Below the pieces are notes generated by a model. It saw only the letters and a list, made by a program, of their open reading frames with translations, did no database searches and was not told where the DNA came from. A stretch of 64,000 nt of DNA. Origin: Pseudovirgaria hyperparasitica (lineage: Eukaryota). This document shows positions 42,361 through 54,415 of the stretch, piece after piece. The position numbers and the translations under genes are program-made. The DNA lies in the NCBI GenBank assembly GCA_010093815.1, contig ML996589.1, one strand, 5' to 3'. Position 1 is the stretch's first letter; the number at the start of each line of letters is the position of its first letter.

Positions 42361-42865
42361 CCATCTACGTCATTAGCTGTTCTCTATCTTCACACACAAA
42401 ACAAGTCCTTGCAGTACCTACCTCTCGTCCATGATAAGAATAAGAACAGTGATAGGCGCTAGGGAGCATAATAACCGACACCATTGTGACGCATTCGCAG
42501 TGTCTCTTCGTTGAACACGCTGACAGTTAAATATGCGTGATGATAGGGGAGACGACGTTGCTAGGTACGATGCGAAAAGGCGCGGGGGCGTAAGCTAGGA
42601 CGGGTTAGCCATTGGAAACGGGAACACCCTAAGATCTCGAAGTTTCCGCTTGATATGGTCATGGCCATGGACGATAACGACGGGTTGATGATGGTCTTGA
42701 TCGATTGTCGATGTGATTGATCTCGGAGGCTCAATCTGCTGTCTGGATCCGGGTGATGTCTTGATGTTTACTTACCTACCTGTGCGAGGTTAGATATCCT
42801 GTTTATCAATACTTGAAATCACACGGGCTTGGACTCGAATAGTTAATCATAGTTGGTGAAATAGG

Positions 42866-42867
42866 CG

Positions 42868-42898
<31 letters not shown>

Positions 42899-43020
42899 AT
42901 GGGACATGAGCGGTACATGGATGGTATATGGACAAGACATGGACGAGACATGGACGAGACATGGATATGATGTGGACGCGAGGTCGATAGGACATGGACG
43001 AGACGTGGATGAGACGTGGG
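42866..43020. repeat. (GA)n microsatellite followed by degenerate 11-bp gacatggacga repeats
   Basis: Direct reading. Confidence 0.7.
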
Positions 43021-43602
43021 CGAGGAGTGGATGTGGACCCGCTGGGCAGACGCAGGTGTCATGTGTGTCAAAGATGATTCGTAGAGTTGAGAACACTCAA
43101 ATTGGATATATTATGAAGTGTAGAGAAGAGAGTCTGAGAGACTCAAAAGAAAGCTATTTAAGCAAGCGGAAGACCACTAGTCCCGGTTGGGAAGTGGGTG
43201 CTGCTCATGTACTCCTTCCTGTTAACAATGTCGAGCACAGCTCCGTAGAGTGCTCCTGCAGCGGATACCAGGTGCGAATAGGACATAAATCGGATATGGG
43301 TGCGAGCCTAGCCAGTCTGGCATGTGAATCTTGTGTATAGAGTATGTAATAGGAGACGACAAGAGAATAGATAAGGAGAAAAGAGTTAGTAGAAGAGGAG
43401 ATGTCGAACGAAGAGACGGCGAAAGAGAAACGAACTGCGACTATTACCCAGCTTCTACGCAATTCATCAAGCATCATTCGTACCTATTAAGACACGGAGT
43501 TCATCTAAGATACAAGTGGAGTGGACCATGAAACGGGCATAATTTATACCAGCTACTGATACTATCCAACTTCGATCAAAGAACATGGTCTTCCTCTGAT
43601 AC

Positions 43603-44670
43603 TCACCAGATTCCATAGTACTCGCCACACTTCACAAGCACTCCTAACAACGCCTGACGGAATGTGATGGCTCCCTTGGCCTTTCTAGCATTGTCTTCGT
43701 CCCCCTTCTCGGTTGCGATAATTGTGATTTTAGGTGTCGGAAGGATGTTAGCTTTGCGATCCTTTCGCAGGGAGTGCGTGGCGCTCTGACTCTCCGCAAT
43801 GGGCGCGTCCACGTCTTTGAATTCCAGGATAATCATAGTTCTCCAGTCAAAAAGCACTACGATGGGGCAATGCGGCGAATCCTCAGAGTACTTCTCGCAC
43901 TGTTGCGTTATGTGGATGGTGTCAGGATCCCGGAGATACCTGGGATGTTTGATCTCCTTGGGCCACTGTCTGAGACGTTCTGGTGGGATATCGGCTTCGC
44001 TACCGATCACCTCCACAGCCCGAGCATCATGGCTGGCTGCGTTGAACAACGCGACGTCAATACGGCCCACTTTTTTGAGCTCGAGGAGCCCTAGAGAATC
44101 TTCACGTGTCTTTCTGTTGGCTGATGCTTCTTCTTCTCCTTCTTCTTCGCTGTCGTTGTCATCATCGCTGTCGTCATCATCACTGTCGTCATCATCGCTT
44201 GGTATGGCCGAGGACTCTCTTTCTTGGAACGCCAGCCTCATGTCGATGCGGGAGCGGGATGACAGATTAAACTCGTGCATTGGGCAGAGCTTGACAGTCT
44301 TGGGATTCTCCGACAGTGACAGCGCGACTTCGAAAAAGATGATAACGGGAGTGGTGAGAAATGCAAAGGTGTAATGAGAAACATCAGCCTCAGACAGGGT
44401 GACTGCATTTCCGGTCTTAGGGCCCACGAAGCGAGAGACTTCTTTCGGGGCCCTCCTAGGTACCAGTTCTATTCGTCGTTCAGCGGCTTCAGCTTTAGAT
44501 CTCCAGTAGATACTACCTGCATGTCGGTGGCTGAACTCCCAACGACGTGCTGGCTCGGATGGTCTGGTTGGTCTTTTGTCTCTCTTGGTTTCGTCCGGAA
44601 TCTCTGGTAATGTCTGATTGAGACACTGTCGAATTCGCAGTTGGCGGTAAATGCTGGAAGACGCTGACAT
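43603..44670 (-). CDS. Hypothetical 355-aa protein, probable PD-(D/E)xK/REase fold with acidic insert
   Basis: Intact ORF; RIDM...LGLLELKKVG...QCEKYS...VVLFDW resembles the D...ExK...Q REase-fold motif set. Confidence 0.55.
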   Translation of the reverse strand: MSASSSIYRQLRIRQCLNQTLPEIPDETKRDKRPTRPSEPARRWEFSHRHAGSIYWRSKAEAAERRIELVPRRAPKEVSRFVGPKTGNAVTLSEADVSHYTFAFLTTPVIIFFEVALSLSENPKTVKLCPMHEFNLSSRSRIDMRLAFQERESSAIPSDDDDSDDDDSDDDNDSEEEGEEEASANRKTREDSLGLLELKKVGRIDVALFNAASHDARAVEVIGSEADIPPERLRQWPKEIKHPRYLRDPDTIHITQQCEKYSEDSPHCPIVVLFDWRTMIILEFKDVDAPIAESQSATHSLRKDRKANILPTPKITIIATEKGDEDNARKAKGAITFRQALLGVLVKCGEYYGIW

Positions 44671-46403
44671 GTTGCTACCGGCGAGAATTCTAGAACGGCA
44701 GCAAGTAGGGGAGATCTGACCGCCATAAATGGACTTGGGTGGCTAGGTGCAAACATACGCCTGCAATCATCGCTCATCTGTTTGTGCGAATGCCGTAATC
44801 GAACGATTTACGGAAACAAGCGCTCAGCTGCTGGTAAATGTATTCTGCATTTTCACCGGCCCAACGCGCCGAGCGCTCTGGAGCAAGTCATTGTGCCTGA
44901 GAGTTTGCAGCTTGTTGTAGCATCGAGTGCTTGTCACAATCAAGAAACGATTTCCAAGCCGGTTAGTGCAGTGAACACCAGTGAACGCGCATTCCGCTCG
45001 CGCGATCTCTCGAAACCCAACCTGCGGTGAGAGCCCAGGAACGAAAACACTGTTAAGCCATGAATCGTTCGTCGTGTTCACGGTGACTGCGCCGACACTG
45101 TCGCCCAGGAGGGACGCCTCGTTGAACGAGTGAGCGAGACCTTCCAGAGCTTACACAAAACGTGTATTGCCACAAATCCATACAATATCCAAGGTCTTCT
45201 TGAATTTCTCCTGATCAAATAACGCATTTAACTATAGATTCATAGCTCGATCGCGCGAGTGCGTGGTCTCCCTCTTGTCGCATAACTGCCAGCCCTCTGC
45301 AGCTTTACTTTGAGTCGATCTTCTGGAAGTGCTGAATTCGCAGTGTCTGATTGAGCTCCGGTCACTGTATCTGTCGCTGAGTCGTTATAGGACGTCAATA
45401 TCATTCCTCGACACGACGTCTGGACCTAACTATGCTGGAATAGTGTTTCTAGGAGATGAATTAATAGACCTCGAGCTAGAATTGCGATGCATTCAAATCT
45501 AGTAACCCAGCCTTATTGACTTCGCCCATGCCATGTCCGATCTCCTGTGCTGATATATCTGTAGTTGCCTGCCTAGCAGTGTCCACCTCTTGTGTTTATA
45601 GCGCCGATAAGTTGAGTTGATGTGTGTCCATAGCCTAGTAGAGTTCAATACGTAACACCGTAATCGCACGAGGAGGTCGAGAGCCGACACCAAAGCGGGG
45701 GGAGGAAGAGAATGGGTAGCATGCTGGGGCTATAGGTCAATCACTCTCCAGCTGGTACTTGTAGCTGGACGGTACCTTGAGGTGATAAGAAGCGTGAAAC
45801 TACGCAGTAACGCCGGATGAATGGGCGTCTAATAAACCTTCGACTGGGCTAGAAAAGAGTACACCAAGTGGTAGGACAAGATGCATTATTTGTAGACGAT
45901 CAGAGTGGACAGCTGCTCAAGTATCAAGGTGAAGGCTTCCGAGAAATTCGGCCTCAGACAACATGAGCACGACCGGACGTCACGTTGCTAATCAGGCCAC
46001 ACTTCGCATGTGAATAAATGCGTGCTCATACAACACACTCTGCCTGAATCCCCTGACAGTAGACACCGAATCTATGGAATGTTAGTAAGTCAATCACAAT
46101 AGCTGGGCGTCGTACTATCATGTGATCAGATGACGGGAACCTCACCTCATCCAGATGCTAAGTACGATGTGGCCAAGACGAAGCCAACCGCAGGCTGAAG
46201 TCTACCACAAGCGTTGAAACGAAGAAGTGGGGTTAATATCTATAGATGATTGCGCGCGCACATAGCATTTACGTCTGTATTCTACACACGACTAAACACG
46301 TTGTCGGCTACGAAGCTCAAGGACGGCATGCAACAGAGCTCGAAGTAGAGCCTGGGCGTAGTCCTACTGGTTTAAGATTCCTTTTGTCCAACTCATTACT
46401 CAA

Positions 46404-47528
46404 TCAGACGCGGACCATGTTGCCTGTTTGTAAAGTCTCGTCTCTCTGTGTTTCAGCTTCTTTGCGTTGCTCATCGTCCAGCTTCCTCATCCAATGGCAG
46501 TACACACTGTCATGACCCTCGTGCATCTCTTTGATCCAGAAGTTGGCGTGGAAGAACGATGGCCTTGGTGGAACGGGGTCGTCCTTTTCGTAGCCTTCCA
46601 ACTGCCGAGCCTTACAGCCCTGGATTGTACCTTGACTTCCGTACTCACCGCAGAGCCAGGCATACGCTTTTTCGATAGGCTTTTCGATGTAACCTAGCTC
46701 GGCGTATTCGCGTTGATGCATCCAGTAGGTAATAGGGTGAGGGCGAGTTTCGGAGTCATCGAAGAGTTCGGTTTCGGCAAAATCAGTAATGACAGGAATA
46801 AGCTCAGAGGACGAAGTTTCTCGGAGGATAATGTTGCGTGGTGGAATGTTCCTAATGCAGATGCCATTCTTCCAAAGGTTCGAGACGCCGTCGATAATTT
46901 TTATCATAACCTTTCGTTTAGTTTCGGGGGACGCTTGAAGCTTGTCGAGATGGCACCCTTTGATGTATTCCATGACAACAACTTTGTGGAATTCCTCTCT
47001 TGGGTAGGGATAGGGATGAGCATCATCATCAAAGTTAGCGTAGAATATTGGAGTTACACTCTCCTCATTGCAACGTTGTAGGGCGGTGACCTCTTGACTG
47101 TTTGCAGCTTTCAAGGCTTCTACGACATCAGAACGTGTAATCGAACCGGACTCATTATCAGTAAAGGGTGTTGCATAGTACTTCGTACTGAAAATCTTGA
47201 CGACAAGAACCTGTCCTGGGCGGAAGCCTAACACTCCATCTGGGTTGGCAGCATCTTTCATCACAACAACTTTCCAGACTTGTGCGCAATTTTTGCCGTG
47301 CGCGAGCTTCTTCTTGCGCTTGAGTTTCAGCTTTGCGTCTGTGTTCGGGAGTGTGAGGGTGAGGTCGGCCGCTGATTCTGGCTCTTGTTGAGACGCCTCT
47401 CGTTCCTTTGGAGGAGTTATTGGTAGAGTGGTAGAGAGCTCTGGTGTTGATGAGAGACTCATCTCGCTCGGGGGCTTCATTTCTTCGTCTGAGTCCAGCA
47501 TGCTGAGAGGAATGCGACGTGGAGTCAT
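46404..47528 (-). CDS. Atypical protein kinase-like protein (possibly pseudokinase)
   Basis: VLVVKIF, VVVMEYIKG, GICIRNIPPRNIIL, ITDFAE; catalytic HxD replaced by IRN. Likely start MTPRR at 47528. Confidence 0.7.
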   Translation of the reverse strand: MTPRRIPLSMLDSDEEMKPPSEMSLSSTPELSTTLPITPPKEREASQQEPESAADLTLTLPNTDAKLKLKRKKKLAHGKNCAQVWKVVVMKDAANPDGVLGFRPGQVLVVKIFSTKYYATPFTDNESGSITRSDVVEALKAANSQEVTALQRCNEESVTPIFYANFDDDAHPYPYPREEFHKVVVMEYIKGCHLDKLQASPETKRKVMIKIIDGVSNLWKNGICIRNIPPRNIILRETSSSELIPVITDFAETELFDDSETRPHPITYWMHQREYAELGYIEKPIEKAYAWLCGEYGSQGTIQGCKARQLEGYEKDDPVPPRPSFFHANFWIKEMHEGHDSVYCHWMRKLDDEQRKEAETQRDETLQTGNMVRV

Positions 47529-47875
47529 TGATGGCTCGTAAGGGAATGATGGAGGAAGAAGGAAAAGGCACCCAGGAGCGGCACGTGCGAAAGATCGTTT
47601 GTGGCTTTGTTTCCCACGCAAGTCACCTGTGGATGGTCCCCTCCAGGTGATGTGGTTTGTTCTCCGCCTAAGACGTGTTACGGAGAGTAAATATTCGTGA
47701 TTGCATGGCATGTCTGCACATACAAGATTGAGACGCCGAGCTCGGGCTTCGGACACAGTACTTGAAGTCGGGGCGGGACGCTCGAAGCATGTCGTCGGAG
47801 TGCATAGGTATGCGTCCGAAAGATCCTTTGTGTGGACAACGAAGGAGAATGAATAGGTTTCTCGTAAGGCAGTAA

Positions 47876-48076
47876 TGTATACCTCAGGCAGGATACATAC
47901 CTCAGGCAGGATACATATCTCAGGCAGAATATATACCTCAGGCCGGAGTGTATACCTCAGGCCGCAGTGTATACCTCAGGCTGTAGTGTATACCTTAGGC
48001 CGGAGTGTATACCTCAGGCCGGATGTATACCTCAGGCCGCAGTGTATACCTCAGGCTGTTGTGTATACCTTAGGCG
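47876..48076. repeat. 18-20-bp tandem array with gtatacctcaggc core, ~10 copies
   Basis: Direct reading. Confidence 0.85.
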
Positions 48077-51000
48077 ACAAGGCCTAAATGCCGGGCCGAC
48101 CTCGGGCGCAGCGTCGAAGGTGGTAAACTTTCTGCTTGTGCTTACTAAGACCCTGTATAGCCGTATCAAGTCTTCAAGCCAGCGAGGTCCACATGTCTCT
48201 CGGATGTCCGCTTGCCATTGGCAATTACTGTTCTTCATACCAACGGCTCCATTGCTGAGACCCATGCTCATTCTGTTCGAAAGATCCCGAGAAGCACTCG
48301 TCCGAGGGCTATAGTATACGATATCATCATACATCTCCCACACGGAGAACACGAGTCTCGACGTGGCTTTTATCCAGCAAGCATCTATCTCACAAGAATG
48401 AGCATCATGTCGTCCAGTGATATCTCTTTGTATGCCAGTGTCCAGGCGTCTTGCGTACTTGTGTCATCGATAAATTCAAATGTCGGAGGACTCGCGCCTC
48501 TGCGAAGAAGCCAGTAAATATATCCTTGGGAAAATATGTCCCACCGTTAAGCTTGCGAAATGTGACGAGGCCATGGTTCTGCACAGCCTCTATACGGTGA
48601 TTAGGAATGTTCGTCATGTACGCGTACAGTCCCACCGAACTTATGATGGTGGTCGTCCGCATGTCTGAGCGGAATTCACGAGCTCCGTGATCTGTTAACA
48701 CTGAGGTCCATTATAACCCAATGGAGGGAGACGCGACTCACCTCTTACCCAATAATCCATCGCGTTCATGCTAACAATACATGCTAACAATCCTCTGATC
48801 AGCATGGTACAGCCTTAGGGGGCCCCAAGTTGTATCTATCATGCTCAACGATACGGAGCCAGGTAACGCTCATGTCAGGTCTCCTCTGAGACGAAGAATA
48901 TACTGATTGCTTTGACTGTGTAAGCGGTGATGATACTGAAGGAGTCAAGTATAATCATCCTCAGGCGGATTGTAGACGTCATTCGACACCTGCGGCTGGT
49001 AAACCATTTCGCCAGCCAAGCTTCGGCATATGGATGGAGCGTGCTGGTAACCTTCTTTTCTAAGCTTCTAAAAGAAATTAGCGTCCTGCAAGATCTCATC
49101 TTAATAGAGGATTTGGTATTTACACGACATATAAGTAATGTCGAAAGTGACGCAAACCGTAAGCATAAAATAAGCAGCTAACCAGCCTCCACTCACCTAG
49201 GCTTTGCAAAATGTCCGCCATTTTCAGTCCTTGAACAGACATGCTATAAAAGAGAATCAAAGACTACGCACGTTAGCTCTAAAATTCGTGGAGTCGTTGC
49301 GACAGGAATGTAATGGTAGTAGTTGGTGGGGATGGTTGGAGTTGGTCGTGTGGTCCTTCGCAGGCGAAACAAAACAAGTGCACTTCTAGGGTCTTGGCAT
49401 GCATTTGATTTTTATGAAATGCATAAGTCCTGTCTACTACCGAACCGTAGCTAACAATTAGACGTAGTTCCTTTCGTGGCGCGTAACATGCGCGATGCAA
49501 TCAAGGATTAGAAGTTAGACAAACGTGCATTGACAATTCAGTCTACGATCTTCACCTATCATTCATTCTCTGCCAGTTGTTCAAGGGTGACTGCTACAGT
49601 CATTTCGCAAGCAGTGATCGCGGTAGAGTGCAAATTTGTTGAAGATACCATGCCTCGACCACGGTCTGGGACAGATTGTAAAATACTTCTAGTAGCCTCA
49701 AGACATTAGGACTCGCCAACAGTTGTCAATGAATCAAAAGATACACGATTCGGTGACGTGAACGAGTGTTCGGCGTCCTCGTCTTACTACTCGTCAGAGT
49801 CGCACTCTCGTAATCAACCTCCATCTACGCAGTCCAAGATCAACCCAAGTGCTCCTCGAAGTCGTCATCCCACCACGTCCATTCAACTATCCCTTTTCAT
49901 ATTAGGCCACCTATGCTTACTCTATACTTCTAATAGTTCCTCTTTCTTACATCGTCCCCTGCAAGACCATTCGAGAGAACGCTATCTAGACAGGCGATGA
50001 ATCTCTTAAGATCTCACCGCTGACGTACAAGTTACAACGAGAGTTACAGTTCAAGAGAAAGGCAATATCTAGCATGTCAATGCCCCTTGGTCTTGACGAG
50101 AACAAGAGAGAAGAATAGGCCACTGCTAGGACGGTTGTTCCCTATGCATTTGGTCATGAATGAACTCTACTTGCTCCTGACGGCCAAAACACCACCACCG
50201 TTGCAGTTACACCGCTCTCACTTGATGAGTCTGAGTTAGAAGAATTGGGAGGTATACCGCCGCTTGTCACATCCTGCTGTGAGTTACGCGTTTCTACTGT
50301 ACAATTTCCCCTAGCTTATAGGCGACAGGACAGCTTGTGAATAACTTCCATATGGTACGATGTGCGAAAGGGAAATCCGACAGGGCTCCAACCTTGGGCA
50401 TTCATATGGTTGGTACTATGCATTTTACGAACTCCTTCAATATACACCTCGTCTAGGAAATGACGGATCCTCGACCCGACATCGATAGCACGTGGGTATT
50501 TCGATCCTGCTTGGAATTGTACGTCGATGTCTTTAGCCTTTTCTTCTTCTGCTTTAAGTTTATGGTATTCGTGCCACGGCCAATCGCTATGTACAAGAAG
50601 TCATTATCAAGTATCAACTACCGTTAAAATCACTTGTTCCAGGGAGAGCCAGCGACTGCGGTATCAAGCACAGTCTCTGTCTTGTGGAGAACGACATCAT
50701 TATGATGTCGATTTTACTGATATCCATGAATTGGACTGCTGGTCGCCCTCCTAACAATGTCCATGTTGTTGGGCTTGCCTTTGGATACGCTCTTCTTCGG
50801 CTCCTTTATTGGTACACCATCTTCTGCGGGATCCTGAAACAAGGACAACCTATAAACTATATCAAAGTGTGAACTCAGTCGTATCACCGTCGGCACAAGT
50901 CATCCGCCATCGGTTGTGTTTAGGATGCCGATTGCGCATATAAAGTCGATTGTCGGCTGCTTGAGCTTCGTCGCTATGTATTTCCAACGGATGAGATAGT

Positions 51001-52536
51001 AAATAGTCGTGTTATATTGTCAGACTACTCAATCACTCGTGAGGTCGGATGAAATGCGAAATATTGTGAGATGTATTGTTGTATGGCCTATACTTGGGCA
51101 CTAACTACCCTAAGTCTTAACGAGTGGTGTAACAGCCACACGTATGCTTAAGAAGGGGGACCTATTACTTCTTGTTCTGATATTCTCGTAAGTCAACATA
51201 TAGTCTATGCGATAGAGTTAAACCCTCGTGTAGATCTTGTACGGATTCAGGCCATAGCTATATATATACAAAGTGGTATTCCCTAATCGAATGCACAAGT
51301 CGCTAGCGGTGGCAGATGTCACCATAGAAGAATACTGCGAAATACAATGGCCTCCAAGCAAGGCATCGTTGAATGTATATCCTACGATTCGTCTAGAAGA
51401 ATACATTATACTTGACCGGGCATCCGACTTCGAAGACGATGGCGAAAGAGACGGTGGTAATCCTTTCAACCTCACGAGGGCAGGTCACAAATTCGCCTCG
51501 GGTTCTACCCTAGGAGCATCTGAATCGAGCTTTACCACGGAACTATAGGTGTAACATGATACCATAGATTCGAGAATGACGAACCACTCTGCGTCTCCAT
51601 CCCAAACGGAGCTTACTACGAAACTAAAGGAGCAGACCAACACTAGCATATCCATGATGCCAGAGCGGGTCATCATCTTACAGTGTTTGACTAAGTCATC
51701 ATCTAACCTAAGAGTGACCACGATGCTAGAGCAGGTCAACAACTTGTAGTATGGACTGAAACCCCACGTAAGATTCTAAGTTTAGATTGGGCAGTCTTTC
51801 AAGCCTAGCAAAGGAATCATGATTTGCTGGTTAATAGACTGAATTCTTTACCGAAGAGGACCAAAAGAGGAGCCATAGTTTTGGTACTGCTTTCAAAATT
51901 CCAGGACCAATCAGCCCTGGGACTACAACTATATGGAGAGATCGCTGAGGCTAGGGCTGCTGAAGCAGAAATTCTTATCCAGCTGCAACGTCCCTCAACC
52001 ATAGAAGTGCCGTATTCTCGAGAGGTTCACCGGAAGCTTGAATACCTAAGTCGCAAGTTCATTGAAGTCCCGATGGAGGTCTATTTGACTTGGAACCATT
52101 AGAGGACGGTAATGATTGCCACTCAGAGCCACCGGCTCTCATAAACTAACAGAATAGCTGCGATTAAGAGTATCAAAGCACAAATGCCTAGAACTCTGGC
52201 GCTATGAAGATCAATCTTCCTATCTATACTATTGTCCCTAACACCACTTATGGCTATGCGAATTACCTATTGTATGGACTACCATACCTCAATGGATCTC
52301 TCTGGTACGGCCCTACTCATCGCCTTTCGATTTCAACCTCCCAACTCGGCACTGATAGATATGTCATTGTTTAGTTGCTATAGACTAACGTCACAATCCT
52401 TTGTCAAGAGTATATCTCTCAATAAAACCTTGTGGGGACTGTTCTCCGAAGTACGCGCCCAGCCACTGTCTTTTTAGTATGTAATCTGTGTGAGTTGCAA
52501 CTTTTCGAGGCCGCCATAGTACAGATCTCTGTGAGT

Positions 52537-54415
52537 TTAGTAATACCGCGAGAAGACTACTGGCAGCGCTACTGTCACCAAAGTCATCAAGACGTCGCCG
52601 CACGCCAGGAAGTTCGAAAACGTGCCCTTGTCGTACAAGACGCTCCCAGCCTTTCTCGAGATCCCCTTAATCTACGTCATTATCGACCGCTCGACGTCGT
52701 ACTTTAGCACCCTCACGCCCCTCCTAGTGCTCACCCTCTGCGCGTTAATGTTGGGGTTGATTGCGATGTACGACTACTTATCGAGCTCTATCTTATATAG
52801 CTCCTCGAACCTCCCTACCCCTACCGTCACGATTAACTTCCTCTCGTCTACTAGCCTGGGCCTCGGCCCGCTCTTACACTACCTTCCTTATCTTAATCGA
52901 CATCTGCGTGACATCGTATAAGATCGTCGACAAGTTGGTGTTCCCTAAAGCGCTTATGAATGCCCTTATAACTATCTTAGGCATGTGGGGTTTCTTCTTA
53001 CCCATCCTCTTTATAAGGTCCTTAAGTAATACGGAGTCGTTCTCGAAGGGGACCACGGTTATCTCGTAAATGATGTTATCCACCATGCTCTTAGGGGCTT
53101 TATAGCACGTGACCTTGTCCTTTAAGTTAGTCGCGACGAGAGGGCGGTTCTTACATAATAAGTTAACCGTGGGCTGCTTTAACCTAAGCGTCTTATAGGG
53201 CTTCACGCAGACTATGCCGTCGAATTATAACCTGTAGCTGAACGTTTTGAGGACCTCCGTGATCGAGCTCTAGAATTTTATCGTCCTTATCTCCGGAACG
53301 CAAGTCTCGAGCCCATGCTCCCCGAGGTACTACCTAGCCTTATTCTTAACGCGCCCGTTCCCAGCGAGCATGTGGATGTACATGGGCATCCTATTAAGTA
53401 TCATCTCTACGACCAAGACGTCGGGGGTATTCGTAATCTGCATGAATAGTAAGTAGGTGCTCTTCATCCTGCACGTGACTATGATAAGGTTAGTATCGGA
53501 GGGTGATTATATAGCCGCCGTGGTAGTAGAACACATACATCTTTATGCCGTCCACCTTATGTATAAAGTACCCCTCGTGCCCATCGAGATTGGAGACGTC
53601 CACTATATTGTGGTCTAAGTTCCTCGCCTCGTTTATAGAGTCACGGTTGATCTACTTAGTTATCTTCGTGTGGCTCCCTAGGAAGGAGACGCTGTAACTC
53701 GTGATCACCCTTAAGTTGTTCGTTAAGTAGTCCTTCTCGAACTCTATCTCGCACGCGTAGCTGGTCCCTAGGTGGCCCTTATACTCCGTCGCGTTCGAGT
53801 GCGCAGTCGCCGAGCGCATGTTAATCTTAAGGGACTTCTAAGTCATACTCGTATAGGTCTACACCTTATAGATCGTCCCCTCGAAGTCGAACTCTAATAA
53901 GTTAGCTAGATGAAGCTAGGCATAAACTTAATCTTAGTCACGGGCACCTTCACGGTCTTCTCCCTAGCATTCCTGACCCTTACCTACACGTTCGTGTTAT
54001 ATGGCTCGCCCTACTAGAGTGTGTAGGACTGCTCCTTGTAGTTCGTGACTACCACAGCCCTACCGAGCTTCTTCTTCTCCACGTTCTTCCACACCGCTTT
54101 AGCCATCCCGCTGCTAAACCTCATCTCGATCTTTTCGTAAGGGTCGTCCGACATGGAGGTGATGTTGCACGCCCTCGTCGGCTCCACAGGCCCGTCAATC
54201 AAGCGCGCCTTGAACGAGTTCTTGTTGTATAGCCCGGTGTCGTTCATCTTCGTTATCACCCTCCTTAATGAGTCCGACGGGCCTCTGCACTTACATATTA
54301 TCATCTCGGCCGGTTCATCCGCCCTAATCATCCTCATGTGCCTGATCTCGGCCTTCTCGGGGTCCTTGCTCAATATGCCGAGCTAGTAGATGTTGGGTCG
54401 GTTGGTGGCCTCCAT
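52537..54415 (-). pseudogene. Trifunctional mRNA capping enzyme (TTM RNA triphosphatase + guanylyltransferase + cap methyltransferase), RIP stops and ~3 frameshifts
   Basis: Manual translation: EKIEMRF (~54116-54136), YACEIEFE (~53736-53760), HKVDG (~53547-53561), DVLVVEM, MYIHMLAGNG, FDGIV (~53210-53224), LRLKQPTVN (~53162-53188), LIVTVGVGR and YIAINP (~52750-52840). Confidence 0.8.

Noticed and set aside
47876..48076. CRISPR-like repeat/spacer appearance
   Set aside because: Linkers are only 5-7 bp and recur; eukaryotic context; no cas genes.
48300..52500. Short ORFs possibly extending the virus-like element leftwards
   Set aside because: Codon and composition style differ from the block and no motifs were recognised; treated as unidentifiable decayed genes.
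53160..53561. ATP-dependent DNA ligase as explanation for KxDG
   Set aside because: Flanking TTM triphosphatase and SAM-binding motifs plus the motif V K..TV(D) pattern favour a guanylyltransferase; not computationally confirmed.
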